DNA from: an uncultured Gemmatimonadales bacterium
GTDB lineage: Bacteria; Gemmatimonadota; Gemmatimonadetes; Gemmatimonadales; GWC2-71-9
Direction of reading: 5' to 3'
NCBI GenBank assembly: GCA_963730915.1
Contig: CAVSTR010000004.1
Location: 609,114-673,113 of the forward strand
DNA length: 64,000 nt
The notes below the pieces were generated by a model. It did no database searches. It was not told the origin of the DNA and saw only the letters and a list, made by a program, of their open reading frames with translations. This document shows, in pieces, positions 18,890-28,365 of the stretch. How positions within the stretch are numbered: position 1 is the stretch's first letter; the number at the start of each line of letters is the position of its first letter. A program made the translations under genes and the position numbers.

Positions 18890-19858
18890 ATGCAAGCCAT
18901 CCGCGTTCACAAAACTGGTGGGCCGGAGGTTTTGCGCTACGAACCGGTGGACCAGCCGGTGCCCGGTCCGGGCGAGGTGCTGGTCCAAATCCATGCGGCT
19001 GGATTGAACTTCATAGAGGTCTACCAGCGCTGCGGCCTCTACAAGGTGGCGCTTCCGTTTACTCCCGGGACCGAAGGCGGCGGACGGGTCGTGGAGATCG
19101 GTCCCGGCGTCACCGAAGTGAAGGTTGGAGACCAGGTGGCGTCGTTGAACTTCGCTGGATCGTACGCGGAGTTCTCGCTCACGCGAGCGGACAGACTGAT
19201 CCGGCTGCCGGCCGGAGTGTCTCCCCAGGCTGCCGCGGCAGTCATGCTCCAGGGAATCACCGCGCAGTATCTGGCCTGCTCCACATTCCCACTCACGTCC
19301 TCCCATACCTGCCTGGTCCACGCTGCTGCCGGCGGGGTGGGACAGCTCCTGTGCCAGATCGCGCGTCTGCGCGGAGCACGTGTGATCGGTACCGTGTCGA
19401 CCGAGGCAAAAGCCACATTGGCGCGAGCGGCAGGGGCGCACGAAGTAATCCTCTATACCGAGCAGGATTTCGAAAGCGAGACCAGACGGTTGACGGGCGG
19501 TACTGGGGTGCACGTCGTGTACGACTCCGTAGGACAGACCACGTTCGCCAAGAGTCTGGGATGCCTGGCCCCGCGTGGAATGCTCGTTCTCTTTGGGCAG
19601 TCGAGTGGTCCCGTTGCCCCCGTCGATCCCCAGGTGCTCAACCAGAAGGGATCACTCTTCCTCACGCGCCCTGCCATCGGGCACTATGCAGCAACCCGGA
19701 GTGAGCTTGTCGAGCGCGCCTCGGCGGTTCTCGGATGGGTGGCAGATGGATCGCTGAAGGTCAGCATTGGCCGCGAATTTCCCTTGGCCGCCGCGGCGGA
19801 AGCACACACCGAGCTCGAGGCTCGAAGGACCACGGGTAAGGTGCTCCTCATCCCTTGA
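18890..19858 (+). CDS. qor: NADPH:quinone oxidoreductase (zeta-crystallin/MDR family)
   Basis: 322 aa. [15 protein letters not shown], cofactor loop [12 protein letters not shown]-terminal GKVLLIP. Confidence 0.8.
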   Translation: MQAIRVHKTGGPEVLRYEPVDQPVPGPGEVLVQIHAAGLNFIEVYQRCGLYKVALPFTPGTEGGGRVVEIGPGVTEVKVGDQVASLNFAGSYAEFSLTRADRLIRLPAGVSPQAAAAVMLQGITAQYLACSTFPLTSSHTCLVHAAAGGVGQLLCQIARLRGARVIGTVSTEAKATLARAAGAHEVILYTEQDFESETRRLTGGTGVHVVYDSVGQTTFAKSLGCLAPRGMLVLFGQSSGPVAPVDPQVLNQKGSLFLTRPAIGHYAATRSELVERASAVLGWVADGSLKVSIGREFPLAAAAEAHTELEARRTTGKVLLIP

Positions 19859-20721
19859 GCGATCCGCTACCGGCGGCGGTGTCGACGGACTGGCTGGCTG
19901 CGCGGCTGGGTACGCCCGGTATTCGGGTTGTGGATGCATCCTGGTACCTGCCCGGCACCGCCCGTGATGCTGCCGCGGAGTACAGGACGGGGCACATTCC
20001 GGGTGCCGTTTTCTTCGATCTCGATGAAATAAGCGACCAGCAATCCTCGCTCCCTCACATGCTGCCCTCGCCAGCTGACTTTGCCTCAGATATGGCTCGG
20101 CTCGGCCTGAGCGATTCGGACACGCTGGTGGTCTATGATGGGTCGGGTGCGAATCTCAGTGCCGGTCGCGTGTGGTGGACATTCCGTACCTTCGGCCACG
20201 AGCGGGTAACCGTGCTGGACGGCGGGATGGGGAAGTGGCGTGCCGAGCAGCGCCCGATCGAGGAAGGCAGTGTGTCCCTGCCACCGGGAAGATTCACCGC
20301 GACCCTGAACGCTGGTGCGGTTCGAGACCTCGCTGCCGTTCGCGCCAATATCGTGGACAGATCAGAGCAGCTCGTGGATGTGAGATCGCGCGGCCGATTC
20401 GCGGGCGTCGAGCCGGAGCCCCGCCCGGGGCTTCGTGCGGGTCACGTGCCTGGAAGCATCAACCTGCCTTTTACCGAGCTCGTCAGTCGGGACGGCACCC
20501 TGCTAACACCCGAAGCCCTGCGCCGCCGGCTGCTTGAAGCCGGAGTTGACCTCAGCCGTCCCGTGGTCGCAACCTGTGGGTCGGGCACCAGCGCCGGTGC
20601 TCTTGTGCTGGCTCTGCGCTCGATCGGCCACACTCAGACCGCAGTCTATGACGGGGCATGGTCCGAGTGGGGAGCACGAGCTGATACTCCGGTGGAACCA
20701 CACACCCCCGACCACCACTGA
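19855..20721 (+). CDS. sseA: 3-mercaptopyruvate/thiosulfate sulfurtransferase (tandem rhodanese)
   Basis: 288 aa, TTG start overlapping the qor stop. Two rhodanese domains with active-site loop [18 protein letters not shown] and [10 protein letters not shown] motifs. Confidence 0.85.
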   Translation: MSDPLPAAVSTDWLAARLGTPGIRVVDASWYLPGTARDAAAEYRTGHIPGAVFFDLDEISDQQSSLPHMLPSPADFASDMARLGLSDSDTLVVYDGSGANLSAGRVWWTFRTFGHERVTVLDGGMGKWRAEQRPIEEGSVSLPPGRFTATLNAGAVRDLAAVRANIVDRSEQLVDVRSRGRFAGVEPEPRPGLRAGHVPGSINLPFTELVSRDGTLLTPEALRRRLLEAGVDLSRPVVATCGSGTSAGALVLALRSIGHTQTAVYDGAWSEWGARADTPVEPHTPDHH

Positions 20722-20729
20722 GATCCCGC

Positions 20730-22202
20730 GTGAGCTCCGGCAGACCTTCGGCCAGGAATGTCGACCTGAGCATTGGTTGCGTTACGCTCTTCCTCCTGCC
20801 GTTCGCTGGAGTTGGGCTCTTCACCGCGGCGATGGCGGTGCAGCGGCTCGCCGCCCACAACTGGACTGAAGCGCTCTTCTTCGCGCTGTTCGCCCTGACA
20901 TTCGGTGGTGTCGGAATTGGCGGCATAATCGCAGCGCTGGCTGGTCGCCGGACGCTGAAAGCGCAGGAACTGCTTCAGGCGAGCCACCCCGATACACCCT
21001 GGCTGTGGCGGCAGGATTGGGCCTCCGGGCACATTACCGATTCCAGCCGCAGCACCATGATCGGCACATGGCTGTTCGCCACCCTGTGGAACCTGATCGG
21101 CTTTCCTACAGGGTTTCTTTCGGTTCGCGCTGCCCTGAGAGAAGGCAGACCGGCCGCGTTCCTCGGGCTGCTATTTCCCATCGTAGGCGTTGGGCTGGTG
21201 GTCTGGGCCATCAGAACAACTCTCCGTCACTGGACATACGGTGTCTCCCGCCTCGAGCTTGCCACCGTGCCTGGCGTGGTTGGCAGGAGCCTCATCGGCA
21301 CGGTCCGCGCGCCTTCCATGATTCAGGCGGAGCAGGGGTTCGACCTGAGTTTGACATGTGTTCGCCGGATGACCCATGGAGGCGGGAAGCAGAGATCCAC
21401 ATCCGAAAGCATCCTGTGGCAGGACGTGCAGCGGGTTCCAGGCCGACCGTTCCGGGCGCCCGCCCGAATGGAAACGCACATCCCGGTAGCCTTCCGCATC
21501 TCGGCAGACGCGCCCTCCTCCGACGCCAATAACCCGGCAAATCGGGTAGTCTGGCAGCTCCAGGTCTCGGCCGACGTGCCCGGGGTGAACTACGAGTCAC
21601 GTTTCGACGTCCCCGTCTTTCGAACCCCAGCCAGCGAACAGCCGCTTTCACCCGAGGAGACTCGGCTCACTCAGGTTGCCGATATCACTGTATATCAGCA
21701 GCCCGCCGATTCTCGCATTCTGGTGAGTGCGACACGCCGGGGCACCGAGATTCTGTTTCCCGCCGCTCGCAACCTGGGCGTGGCGGTGAGCCTGACGGTG
21801 TTTCTCCTGATATGGCTGGCAGGGGTGGGTCTTCAGATCTACTTCGGCGCGCCGCTGATTTTTCCGATCGTCACCGGACTCTTCGCGCTGCTTCTTGTGG
21901 TCGTGGTATTGGACTTATGGCTCCAGGTATCACGCATCAGAGTGACTGCGGGGTCGGTTTCGTGGGCCACGGGATACATCGTCCCCGGGCGCGAGCACAT
22001 GATCCCAGCCTCGGAGATCGCCGAAGTCAGCGCCACAACCGGCATGCAGGCAGGCAACAGGGTGTACTACGATGTCGTGATCGTTCGGAAATTCGGAAAG
22101 AAGATCAAGGTGGGTCACTCGGTTCGCGACAAGCGCGAGGCCGATTGGCTGGCAGGTACGATTAAGAAGGCGTTAGGCCAGGAGCCGGGAGTTAGGAGCT
22201 AG
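20730..22202 (+). CDS. polytopic membrane protein, unknown function
   Basis: 490 aa. About 4 N-terminal TM helices, a ~170-aa soluble middle, 2 more TM helices (LGVAVSLTVFLLIWLAGVGL, LIFPIVTGLFALLLVVVVLDLWL), and a ~90-aa C-terminal domain. The last codons and the TAG stop lie inside the heptamer repeat arm. Confidence 0.6.
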   Translation: MSSGRPSARNVDLSIGCVTLFLLPFAGVGLFTAAMAVQRLAAHNWTEALFFALFALTFGGVGIGGIIAALAGRRTLKAQELLQASHPDTPWLWRQDWASGHITDSSRSTMIGTWLFATLWNLIGFPTGFLSVRAALREGRPAAFLGLLFPIVGVGLVVWAIRTTLRHWTYGVSRLELATVPGVVGRSLIGTVRAPSMIQAEQGFDLSLTCVRRMTHGGGKQRSTSESILWQDVQRVPGRPFRAPARMETHIPVAFRISADAPSSDANNPANRVVWQLQVSADVPGVNYESRFDVPVFRTPASEQPLSPEETRLTQVADITVYQQPADSRILVSATRRGTEILFPAARNLGVAVSLTVFLLIWLAGVGLQIYFGAPLIFPIVTGLFALLLVVVVLDLWLQVSRIRVTAGSVSWATGYIVPGREHMIPASEIAEVSATTGMQAGNRVYYDVVIVRKFGKKIKVGHSVRDKREADWLAGTIKKALGQEPGVRS

Positions 22203-22267
22203 GAGCTGGCAACTATTCAGCGCGTGCGGCTTGCACCTCCCAGCTCCCAGCTCCTGGCTCCTGACTC
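22178..22267. repeat. inverted arrays of heptamer [AG]GGAGC[TC] forming a hairpin between convergent genes
   Basis: Left arm 22178-22209 (CCAGGAGCCGGGAGTTAGGAGCTAGGAGCTGG). Right arm 22236-22267 (CCTCCCAGCTCCCAGCTCCTGGCTCCTGACTC) is its imperfect reverse complement. 26-nt spacer. Confidence 0.85.
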
Positions 22268-22745
22268 AACGCGCTGGAGGAGCGAGATTCCCGCAGGCAA
22301 TAATGGTTGACATGTTCTGCCTGGAAGCGTGCACGTTGATGAAGAACTCGCCTGTCCTTGGCGTCGCAACTCCGAGCTCTGCCTTGGAGGTTGCACGCCC
22401 GTCGTTGTTCACTTCGAGCGGTTTGTAGGCATCGGCCGGCCCGAAGATCCCCTGGTCGGCGCCGCACCGTCCCCGATGCACATGCCAGGGATGCTTGCCG
22501 CCCGGCACCGCGTTCGACACGTTAACCTCTGCGTCAGTGCGGTCGGCATTCTTTTCCTGCGGCCCCATCCAACCTGATCCACGAATCGATGAGACCCCGG
22601 CGAGCTCGGGTGGGCTGGAGAGCGACCCATTCCATCGGTTCTGCACCGGCGCAGTGTTGGGATCGATCTCGACTGCCCGCCGGCCGCCGCAGGAACTACC
22701 GGCGAGTGCCAGGACGATCAGGCTGGCAGTGATGGTGGCCTTCAT
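22266..22745 (-). CDS. lipoprotein with Cu/Zn-superoxide-dismutase-like motif
   Basis: ORF 22266..22832 trimmed to ATG 22745. Lipobox LALAGSSC. HPWHVHRGRCG resembles the SodC H-x-H-x-G-x-C copper-site motif. Family assignment is tentative. Confidence 0.5.
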   Translation of the reverse strand: MKATITASLIVLALAGSSCGGRRAVEIDPNTAPVQNRWNGSLSSPPELAGVSSIRGSGWMGPQEKNADRTDAEVNVSNAVPGGKHPWHVHRGRCGADQGIFGPADAYKPLEVNNDGRATSKAELGVATPRTGEFFINVHASRQNMSTIIACGNLAPPAR

Positions 22746-22828
22746 GGGGTTCCTCCGAAGATGGGGTGAATAGCCGAGGGTTATATGCCGATGAATGCAG
22801 TTGCAACGCCGTGACGAGCGACACACGG

Positions 22829-24079
22829 TCACTCCGTGCCATGGAACAGCCGAGCGTAGCGAAGTGGCTGCCCGGTCTGCCAGGGACGGTAGCGATTGGC
22901 AAAGGCAACCCGCTCAGCAAGCGTCGGGTGACTGCTCCGCCATAGAACGTACAGCCGAGACGGGCTCGGCACCGCCAGGTTCTCCTGTTGGAGAACGACG
23001 AACGCAGACGCAGCGGCATGGTTGTCTCGCGTAATCTCCAGCCCGAAGCGATCGGCCTCGTGCTCCTGGTGGCGGCTGAACCCCAGCACCAGCGGTGCCA
23101 GCAGGAAGGATGCGGCGTTGCCGAGCAGCAGAAGCAGCGGAAAGGACGCCACATCGGTAAGGTCCTGGAAGCCGAGCCGCCCTGAAAAACGCCGGATCAA
23201 TCCGCCGGCCGTCCGGTGGACGGCATAGAGCGACAGTGTAACGAGGATGGCGGCGGCGATGATGATGGCGAGAGTGTGGCGCAGCACGAAGTGACCCATC
23301 TCATGTGCTGTCACGAAGAGGATTTGATCGTCCTTGAGCTTCTCCAAAAGCGTATCCCAAAGTACGATCCGCTTCGAGGCTCCCACCCCGGTGACATACG
23401 CGTTTACCAGCTTCGTATCCGAGCTCTTGTCGACCTGAAACACACGGCTGCCGCTGATCCCCGCCCTTTCTGCCAGCGCCAGAATCCTGGATTCCAGCAG
23501 CTTGTTTTCCATCGGCTCGTAATCGTTGAAGAGGGGATCCACCCAGACCGGGGTGATCACCAGCAGTAACGCAGTGAGGGGGAGACTGGCGAGTCCGGCG
23601 TACAGCCACCAGCGACGAGGGCTCCGCCGGAGCAGGAGATAGGGTATCCAGAGGACCGCCGCGAGACCGGCTCCGCTCAATGCCACGCCCTTGGCCCAGT
23701 CGCCGGCCCAGGCTCCGGGGGTCTGGTTGGAGAGGCCGTACTGATGCTGCCGGATGTACCCGGCATAGTAGGAGAGCGGGAAGGTGAGTACGGCCACCAG
23801 CACTGTGAACAGCACGGCATACAGCAGGAGGGTGAGGAACCAGCGGCGGCCCACTCGGTGTGACAAGGAGCGCATGCGGGCGGATATCCCCGAGAACAGA
23901 AGCACCGCTGGTATGATCATGCCCAGGGTGGTCTCGACTGACCAAAGCACGTTGCCACTTCGGTGATACTGGATCGCCAGCGCGCTGGGCTGGGGAACCA
24001 CCACGGTATCAGGCGGGGCAATGTGAAGCTGCTGAGTCCTGCCGCCGCCACCGAACCCCGGACCGGCGAGTATCACCAT
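22829..24079 (-). CDS. M48-family zinc metalloprotease (Ste24/HtpX-like, polytopic)
   Basis: 416 aa. Several TM helices. Zinc motif HEMGHFVLRH plus downstream EHEADRFG. Confidence 0.8.
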   Translation of the reverse strand: MVILAGPGFGGGGRTQQLHIAPPDTVVVPQPSALAIQYHRSGNVLWSVETTLGMIIPAVLLFSGISARMRSLSHRVGRRWFLTLLLYAVLFTVLVAVLTFPLSYYAGYIRQHQYGLSNQTPGAWAGDWAKGVALSGAGLAAVLWIPYLLLRRSPRRWWLYAGLASLPLTALLLVITPVWVDPLFNDYEPMENKLLESRILALAERAGISGSRVFQVDKSSDTKLVNAYVTGVGASKRIVLWDTLLEKLKDDQILFVTAHEMGHFVLRHTLAIIIAAAILVTLSLYAVHRTAGGLIRRFSGRLGFQDLTDVASFPLLLLLGNAASFLLAPLVLGFSRHQEHEADRFGLEITRDNHAAASAFVVLQQENLAVPSPSRLYVLWRSSHPTLAERVAFANRYRPWQTGQPLRYARLFHGTE

Positions 24080-24180
24080 GGAAGCCCCTCCCGATGGAGC
24101 CTGATGTCTGCTACACTAACCTCGCGGAGCTGGTGGAAGAAACTCGCGTTCGGCTCTGCCACTCACTTCACGAGGCAAAC

Positions 24181-24402
24181 ATGCGTGCGCTCTTCGGGCT
24201 CCTTGCCCTGCTCGGACTGGCTGGGATCGTCTTTGGTGTGATCATCATCTTCCAGGGCGGCCACGCGGAGCCGTTCAGCTTCGAGAACTATGGCGGGCCG
24301 GGCCCGATCATCGGTGGCCTGCTCCTGACGGCCGTGAGTTTGTACTTGTTCATCAACTGGCCCAGGATCGAATCCTCATCCCGGGATGTGCACCGCAGGT
24401 AG
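24181..24402 (+). CDS. small two-TM membrane protein
   Basis: ORF 24094..24402 trimmed to ATG 24181. MRALFGLLALLGLAGIVFGVIIIF and IIGGLLLTAVSLYLFI helices. Confidence 0.45.
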   Translation: MRALFGLLALLGLAGIVFGVIIIFQGGHAEPFSFENYGGPGPIIGGLLLTAVSLYLFINWPRIESSSRDVHRR

Positions 24403-24437
24403 CTCGCGTAGGCCCACTCAAAAGGATCGGAGCGATC

Positions 24438-24653
24438 ATGCGACCGCAAGCGTTGATTGGCATAGTCCTGTTGGTTCTTGGCGCGTTCATCGTGTTCAGA
24501 GGCATGAGCTACTCGGACCGTGACGAGGTCCTGAGAGTGGGAGATGTGAAGGCGTCAGTAGAATCGAAGAAAGCGGTTCCCACCTGGGTTGGTGGTGTGG
24601 CCATCGTAGCCGGCATCGCCCTCCTCGCCGCGGGGATGAAGCGGAGGGCCTGA
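24438..24653 (+). CDS. small two-TM membrane protein (DUF3185-like pattern)
   Basis: 71 aa. IGIVLLVLGAFIVF ... WVGGVAIVAGIALLAAG. Confidence 0.5.
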   Translation: MRPQALIGIVLLVLGAFIVFRGMSYSDRDEVLRVGDVKASVESKKAVPTWVGGVAIVAGIALLAAGMKRRA

Positions 24654-24662
24654 TCTCGATCC

Positions 24663-24983
24663 GTGAGTTATCAACTGATCTATAGTGTTGTCCGGAGAAT
24701 TCCGAGAGGCCGGGTTGCCACCTACGGGCAGGTAGCATCCCTCGCCGGACTCTCGGGCCACGCCCGTCAGGTCGGGTACGCGCTGAACGCCCTGCCAGAC
24801 GGGACCGTGGTTCCCTGGCACCGGGTTGTGAATGCCGCGGGGCGGATCAGCGCGCGGGCGACTCCCGGCGGTGAGCTGGTGCAGCAGCTTCTGCTCGAAA
24901 AGGAAGGGGTGCGCCTCGACGCGCGTGGCCGCATTCCCCTCGATCGTCTTCGGTGGCAGCCGCGAGTCCGGCCCACCGAATGA
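24663..24983 (+). CDS. alkyltransferase-like (ATL) protein, MGMT DNA-binding domain without the catalytic Cys
   Basis: 106 aa. RIPRGRVATYGQVA helix-turn-helix region. PWHRVV replaces the PCHRVV of active O6-alkylguanine transferases, as in E. coli YbaZ/Atl. Confidence 0.8.
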   Translation: MSYQLIYSVVRRIPRGRVATYGQVASLAGLSGHARQVGYALNALPDGTVVPWHRVVNAAGRISARATPGGELVQQLLLEKEGVRLDARGRIPLDRLRWQPRVRPTE

Positions 24984-25885
24984 TTGTCCACGTTCTTGGC
25001 GTCCCCATGGACCTCGGTTCAGGACGGCGAGGTGTGGACATGGGACCGTCCGCCATCAGAATCGCCGGTGTCGCCGAGCGCTTGAGGGAGCTGGGTCACA
25101 AGGTGGTGGATGACGGGGATCTCGTCATCAAGAACATGGAAGAGTTGAAGGTCGGCAATGAACGGGCGCGATATCTCGGAGAGATTGCGCGCGTCTCCGC
25201 CATCCTGGCACGCAAGGTCGAGCACATTACGGAGCGGCAGCACTTTCCGCTCGTGCTCGGTGGAGACCACTCCATCGCCGTGGGCACCGTCTCAGGGATC
25301 GCGGCACTCTGCGAGAAGCAGGGAAAAAAGTTGGGGCTCCTCTGGATCGACGCGCACGGCGACATCAACACACCCGAGACGTCTCCCTCCGGAAATATTC
25401 ATGGTATGCCGCTGGCGACGTTGCTCGGGTTCGGCGTGAAGGAGCTGACCGAGGTGGCAGGAGGGTTCCCCAAAGTCCGCGCGGAAAACATCGCCCTTGT
25501 GGGAATACGCAGCCTGGACGCGGGTGAAAAGAACCGGCTGAAGGAGAATGGCGTCCAGGTCCACACCATGGCCGATATCGATCGCCATGGCGTACATCGG
25601 ATCATGAAGAAGGCGCTGGCGCAGGTAACCGATGGAACCGACTTCGTCCACGTGAGCTTCGATCTCGACGCCGTCGACCCGACAGTCGCGCCCGGAGTGG
25701 GGACGCCGGTCAAAGGGGGTCTGGATTACCGGGAGGCTCACCTGATCATGGAGGTGATTGCGGATGCCGGTGTGATGACCTCGCTCGAAATGGTCGAGGT
25801 CAACCCGATTCTGGATCAGGGAAACGCCTCCGCCATCTTCGCGGTGGAGCTGGTCCAGTCGGCCTTCGGCAAGAAAATCCTCTGA
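24980..25885 (+). CDS. rocF: arginase
   Basis: ORF 24953..25885 trimmed to ATG 24980 (ATGA overlap with the ATL gene). [47 protein letters not shown] and [12 protein letters not shown] closely parallel Bacillus RocF. Confidence 0.9.
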   Translation: MIVHVLGVPMDLGSGRRGVDMGPSAIRIAGVAERLRELGHKVVDDGDLVIKNMEELKVGNERARYLGEIARVSAILARKVEHITERQHFPLVLGGDHSIAVGTVSGIAALCEKQGKKLGLLWIDAHGDINTPETSPSGNIHGMPLATLLGFGVKELTEVAGGFPKVRAENIALVGIRSLDAGEKNRLKENGVQVHTMADIDRHGVHRIMKKALAQVTDGTDFVHVSFDLDAVDPTVAPGVGTPVKGGLDYREAHLIMEVIADAGVMTSLEMVEVNPILDQGNASAIFAVELVQSAFGKKIL

Positions 25886-25987
25886 CCCACATCCCGGCCA
25901 ATTGCCAATCTCCCCCGACGATGGGTAGAATAGTTCTCGGCGCGGCTTTCCCATTGGCCGTGGCCCCTACCTCAGACACGTCGGGGG

Positions 25988-26272
25988 ATGCAGATGCTCG
26001 ATTCGAACCACAGTCCCCAGCGTATCCAACTCGTTCTCCGCGGCATCCGCTCAGCAGGAACCGCCAACCGAGGCAGCCAACCGCTCGAGGCCAGAGTCAA
26101 ACCCCAGTTCGTGCACTTGTACCCTGGCGTAGATCCGCAGACCTGGTATCGGGTCATCCAGGACGGTGAGTACAAGGACGAAATGGAAGGATTGTGGATT
26201 CAGGTCACGGACTGGGTGACTTACGTGCTCGCCAAGCACTTCGATCTACAGGCGCGTCCCGACGTACACTGA
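25988..26272 (+). CDS. hypothetical protein
   Basis: 94-aa ORF in an otherwise empty interval. No motif recognised, so it may be non-coding. Confidence 0.3.
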   Translation: MQMLDSNHSPQRIQLVLRGIRSAGTANRGSQPLEARVKPQFVHLYPGVDPQTWYRVIQDGEYKDEMEGLWIQVTDWVTYVLAKHFDLQARPDVH

Positions 26273-26277
26273 AGTCG

Positions 26278-26646
26278 CTACTGGTCCGTCGGCATGGCGA
26301 GAACTTCTTTCACTTTTCGTGTCAGCTGATCGCGCGTGAACGGCTTCTGAAGGAAGGGAGATGCGGGATCGAGAGCGCCTTCATCGAGGATCCGGTGCGC
26401 CGGAAATCCCGACATGAACAGCACTCGAACCCAGGGCCAGCAGCGAAATATCGTGTCGCCTAACTGACGACCGCCGAGGCCCGGCATCGCAACGTCAGTG
26501 ACCACCAGATCCACACGTCGTGATCCCCGTTGCAACATCCGGATGGCTTCTTCTCCGCCGCCCGCCTCCAACACATGGTAGCCCTCTCCCAGCAGGATCC
26601 TGGCAGCGAGGCGCCGTACCATTTCCTCATCATCTACGACAAGCAT
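26278..26646 (-). CDS. stand-alone response-regulator receiver (CheY-like)
   Basis: ORF 26278..26769 trimmed to ATG 26646 (MLVVDDEEMV). Phosphoacceptor context DLVVTDVAMPGLGG, then LFMSGF and FLQKPF. Confidence 0.8.
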   Translation of the reverse strand: MLVVDDEEMVRRLAARILLGEGYHVLEAGGGEEAIRMLQRGSRRVDLVVTDVAMPGLGGRQLGDTIFRCWPWVRVLFMSGFPAHRILDEGALDPASPFLQKPFTRDQLTRKVKEVLAMPTDQ

Positions 26647-26899
26647 GGTCTCGCGGCCCGGTGAAGTCACTTCGCACCTCTCCGTTGTCGCGAGTATATC
26701 GAGGCCCACCGCCAGCGTCAGGTACGATCTGGCGATCAGAACCCAGGGGCTCGTGTGTGAGCACAGCATGATCGCAGGATGCCGTCATAGCGACGGCAGG
26801 CCCGGAAGCGATCATCATGGGCCGCCCAAACGGCGCTAATTATGGTCGGTCGAAAGAACGGAAGCGGTGCCGAGTGTCACAGGCTGGAATGCCCATCGC

Positions 26900-27220
26900 T
26901 CACGCATCATCTGACGGAGCGCCCTGCTCGAGCCAGCTTCGAAACACCGCGGATGATTGGGCCAGCTGCCACTCCGAGAGCAGGTCGAGCGCCATAGCCC
27001 GCATCGGGCCGCTGGGCGTGTTCTGAGTGACACAACGGCTCAGTAGCCAGTCCTCGTACGTATCCGGATCCGGGTCGTGCTGCACTGTGTCTTCGAGCAG
27101 AGTACGCTTCAAGGACAACCCGATCGCGTCGGGAGTCGTGTTTCGTTTGCGTCTTCGTCGCCGTCCTTCAGACGCGTCGAGAGCCTTGAGAAGCTGGCTA
27201 CAGAGTTGGGCGGGACGCAC
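26900..27220 (-). CDS. hypothetical protein distal to fdhE
   Basis: 106 aa, GTG start overlapping the fdhE 3' end by 23 nt. Codon third positions are mostly G/C. Basic N-terminus (RRRRRKR), then an acidic helical part. Confidence 0.4.
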   Translation of the reverse strand: MRPAQLCSQLLKALDASEGRRRRRKRNTTPDAIGLSLKRTLLEDTVQHDPDPDTYEDWLLSRCVTQNTPSGPMRAMALDLLSEWQLAQSSAVFRSWLEQGAPSDDA

Positions 27221-28103
27221 GATCGATGATCTGGAGCTCCAGCACGAAGCCGCGGTTTCGAGGGCGGGTGAATCCCCGGTCCAACGCGATCAAATCGAAC
27301 TCCACTGTCTCGAGATCCTGGAGCAACAACTCGAAAGCAGGAAAGCCCTGCAGCGTTGCGATAGACTTGAGATAACCTTTACAGCTGGCACACGTCTCTA
27401 CCTTCAGCAGTTCCCCCTGCCCCTCGGCTTCCAGTGCTCCGAGGCGCTCGTGATTCCGTTCTCCGCAGTAAATGCAAAACAGCCACGGGACCTCCCACTC
27501 TGTCGAGCAGCGCCCGCACCGAAGCCGCCGGCTTCGATCCAGCCCGCGCCGCTCCGCCAAAGTCGGCCACGCCGCGCACACCGGGCAGTACCCGCGTTGC
27601 CACGAGGGCGAAATCCGACTCTCCAGTTGCCTGCCACACGATCGAAGTAGAGGGTACGCCGCGAGGTGAGCCACCGTAGCCAGTGCGCCGGCATCGAGGC
27701 TGCGCTCATCCGCGAGCGCCTGAAGCTCATCATTGTCCTGCACTACCGCAGCCGAGACGAGGTTCAGCGCCTCAGCCTCCGACGGCCGGTAATGTTGCAG
27801 AGACGTACCGCCTTCGACAGGTCCACTGGCCGCGGTGTCAGCGAGCCTTCCAACGAGTCGATGAATTTCAGAAAGATCGGCATGCAGAGAGCGCCTGTGC
27901 AGCAGCGGGGCATCGTCCTGCGAGCCAGAGGATCCCGTGGCGAGATCCGGATCGTTCAGCGCGGTGCTCGAGTCGTCGGCCTGAGCAGCCTGCTCCGCTA
28001 TGGCGAGCAGGCGGATCCAGGCCTGCCACTCAGGGCGTTGCTGCTGTAGCTGGCTTAGTCGGGAGGTGCTGTCGGTCCGAAGACCGCCGGCGGTCCGTGG
28101 CAT
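27198..28103 (-). CDS. fdhE: formate dehydrogenase accessory protein FdhE
   Basis: 301 aa with four CxxC pairs (CPVCAAWP, CGRCSTEW, CIYCGE, CASCKGYLK), characteristic of FdhE. Confidence 0.85.
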   Translation of the reverse strand: MPRTAGGLRTDSTSRLSQLQQQRPEWQAWIRLLAIAEQAAQADDSSTALNDPDLATGSSGSQDDAPLLHRRSLHADLSEIHRLVGRLADTAASGPVEGGTSLQHYRPSEAEALNLVSAAVVQDNDELQALADERSLDAGALATVAHLAAYPLLRSCGRQLESRISPSWQRGYCPVCAAWPTLAERRGLDRSRRLRCGRCSTEWEVPWLFCIYCGERNHERLGALEAEGQGELLKVETCASCKGYLKSIATLQGFPAFELLLQDLETVEFDLIALDRGFTRPRNRGFVLELQIIDRASRPTL

Positions 28104-28264
28104 TCCACGCGCTCCGTGACGCAGGGTGTCTCGTGATACGGCTGGGCTCCGGCGTGGATTTCCATTGGTCGGCCCCAGTTCTTGACGTCGGCACCAGGAT
28201 GCCCGGGCGAACGGCCGGCTTCGGGGCTGGCGCAGGCTGCCAGAAGGAGAAGTCCGACGAGTGG

Positions 28265-28357
28265 TGTCATCCTGAGCGAAGCGAAGAGCCTGCCCTGAGC
28301 CTGCCGAAGGGAGCCAAGCTCCCTCGGTATGGTCCCTTCGCTGCTTTCAGGGTGGCA
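28265..28357. repeat. REP-like palindromic element (TGTCATCCTGAGCGAAGCGAAG box pair)
   Basis: IR-L TGTCATCCTGAGCGAAGCGAAGAGCC (28265-28290). IR-R GGTCCCTTCGCTGCTTTCAGGGTGGCA (28331-28357) is its imperfect reverse complement. An inner palindrome GGGAGCCAAGCTCCC is also present. Located between the NrfD-like gene and fdhE. Confidence 0.8.
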
Positions 28358-28365
28358 AATGTTGA

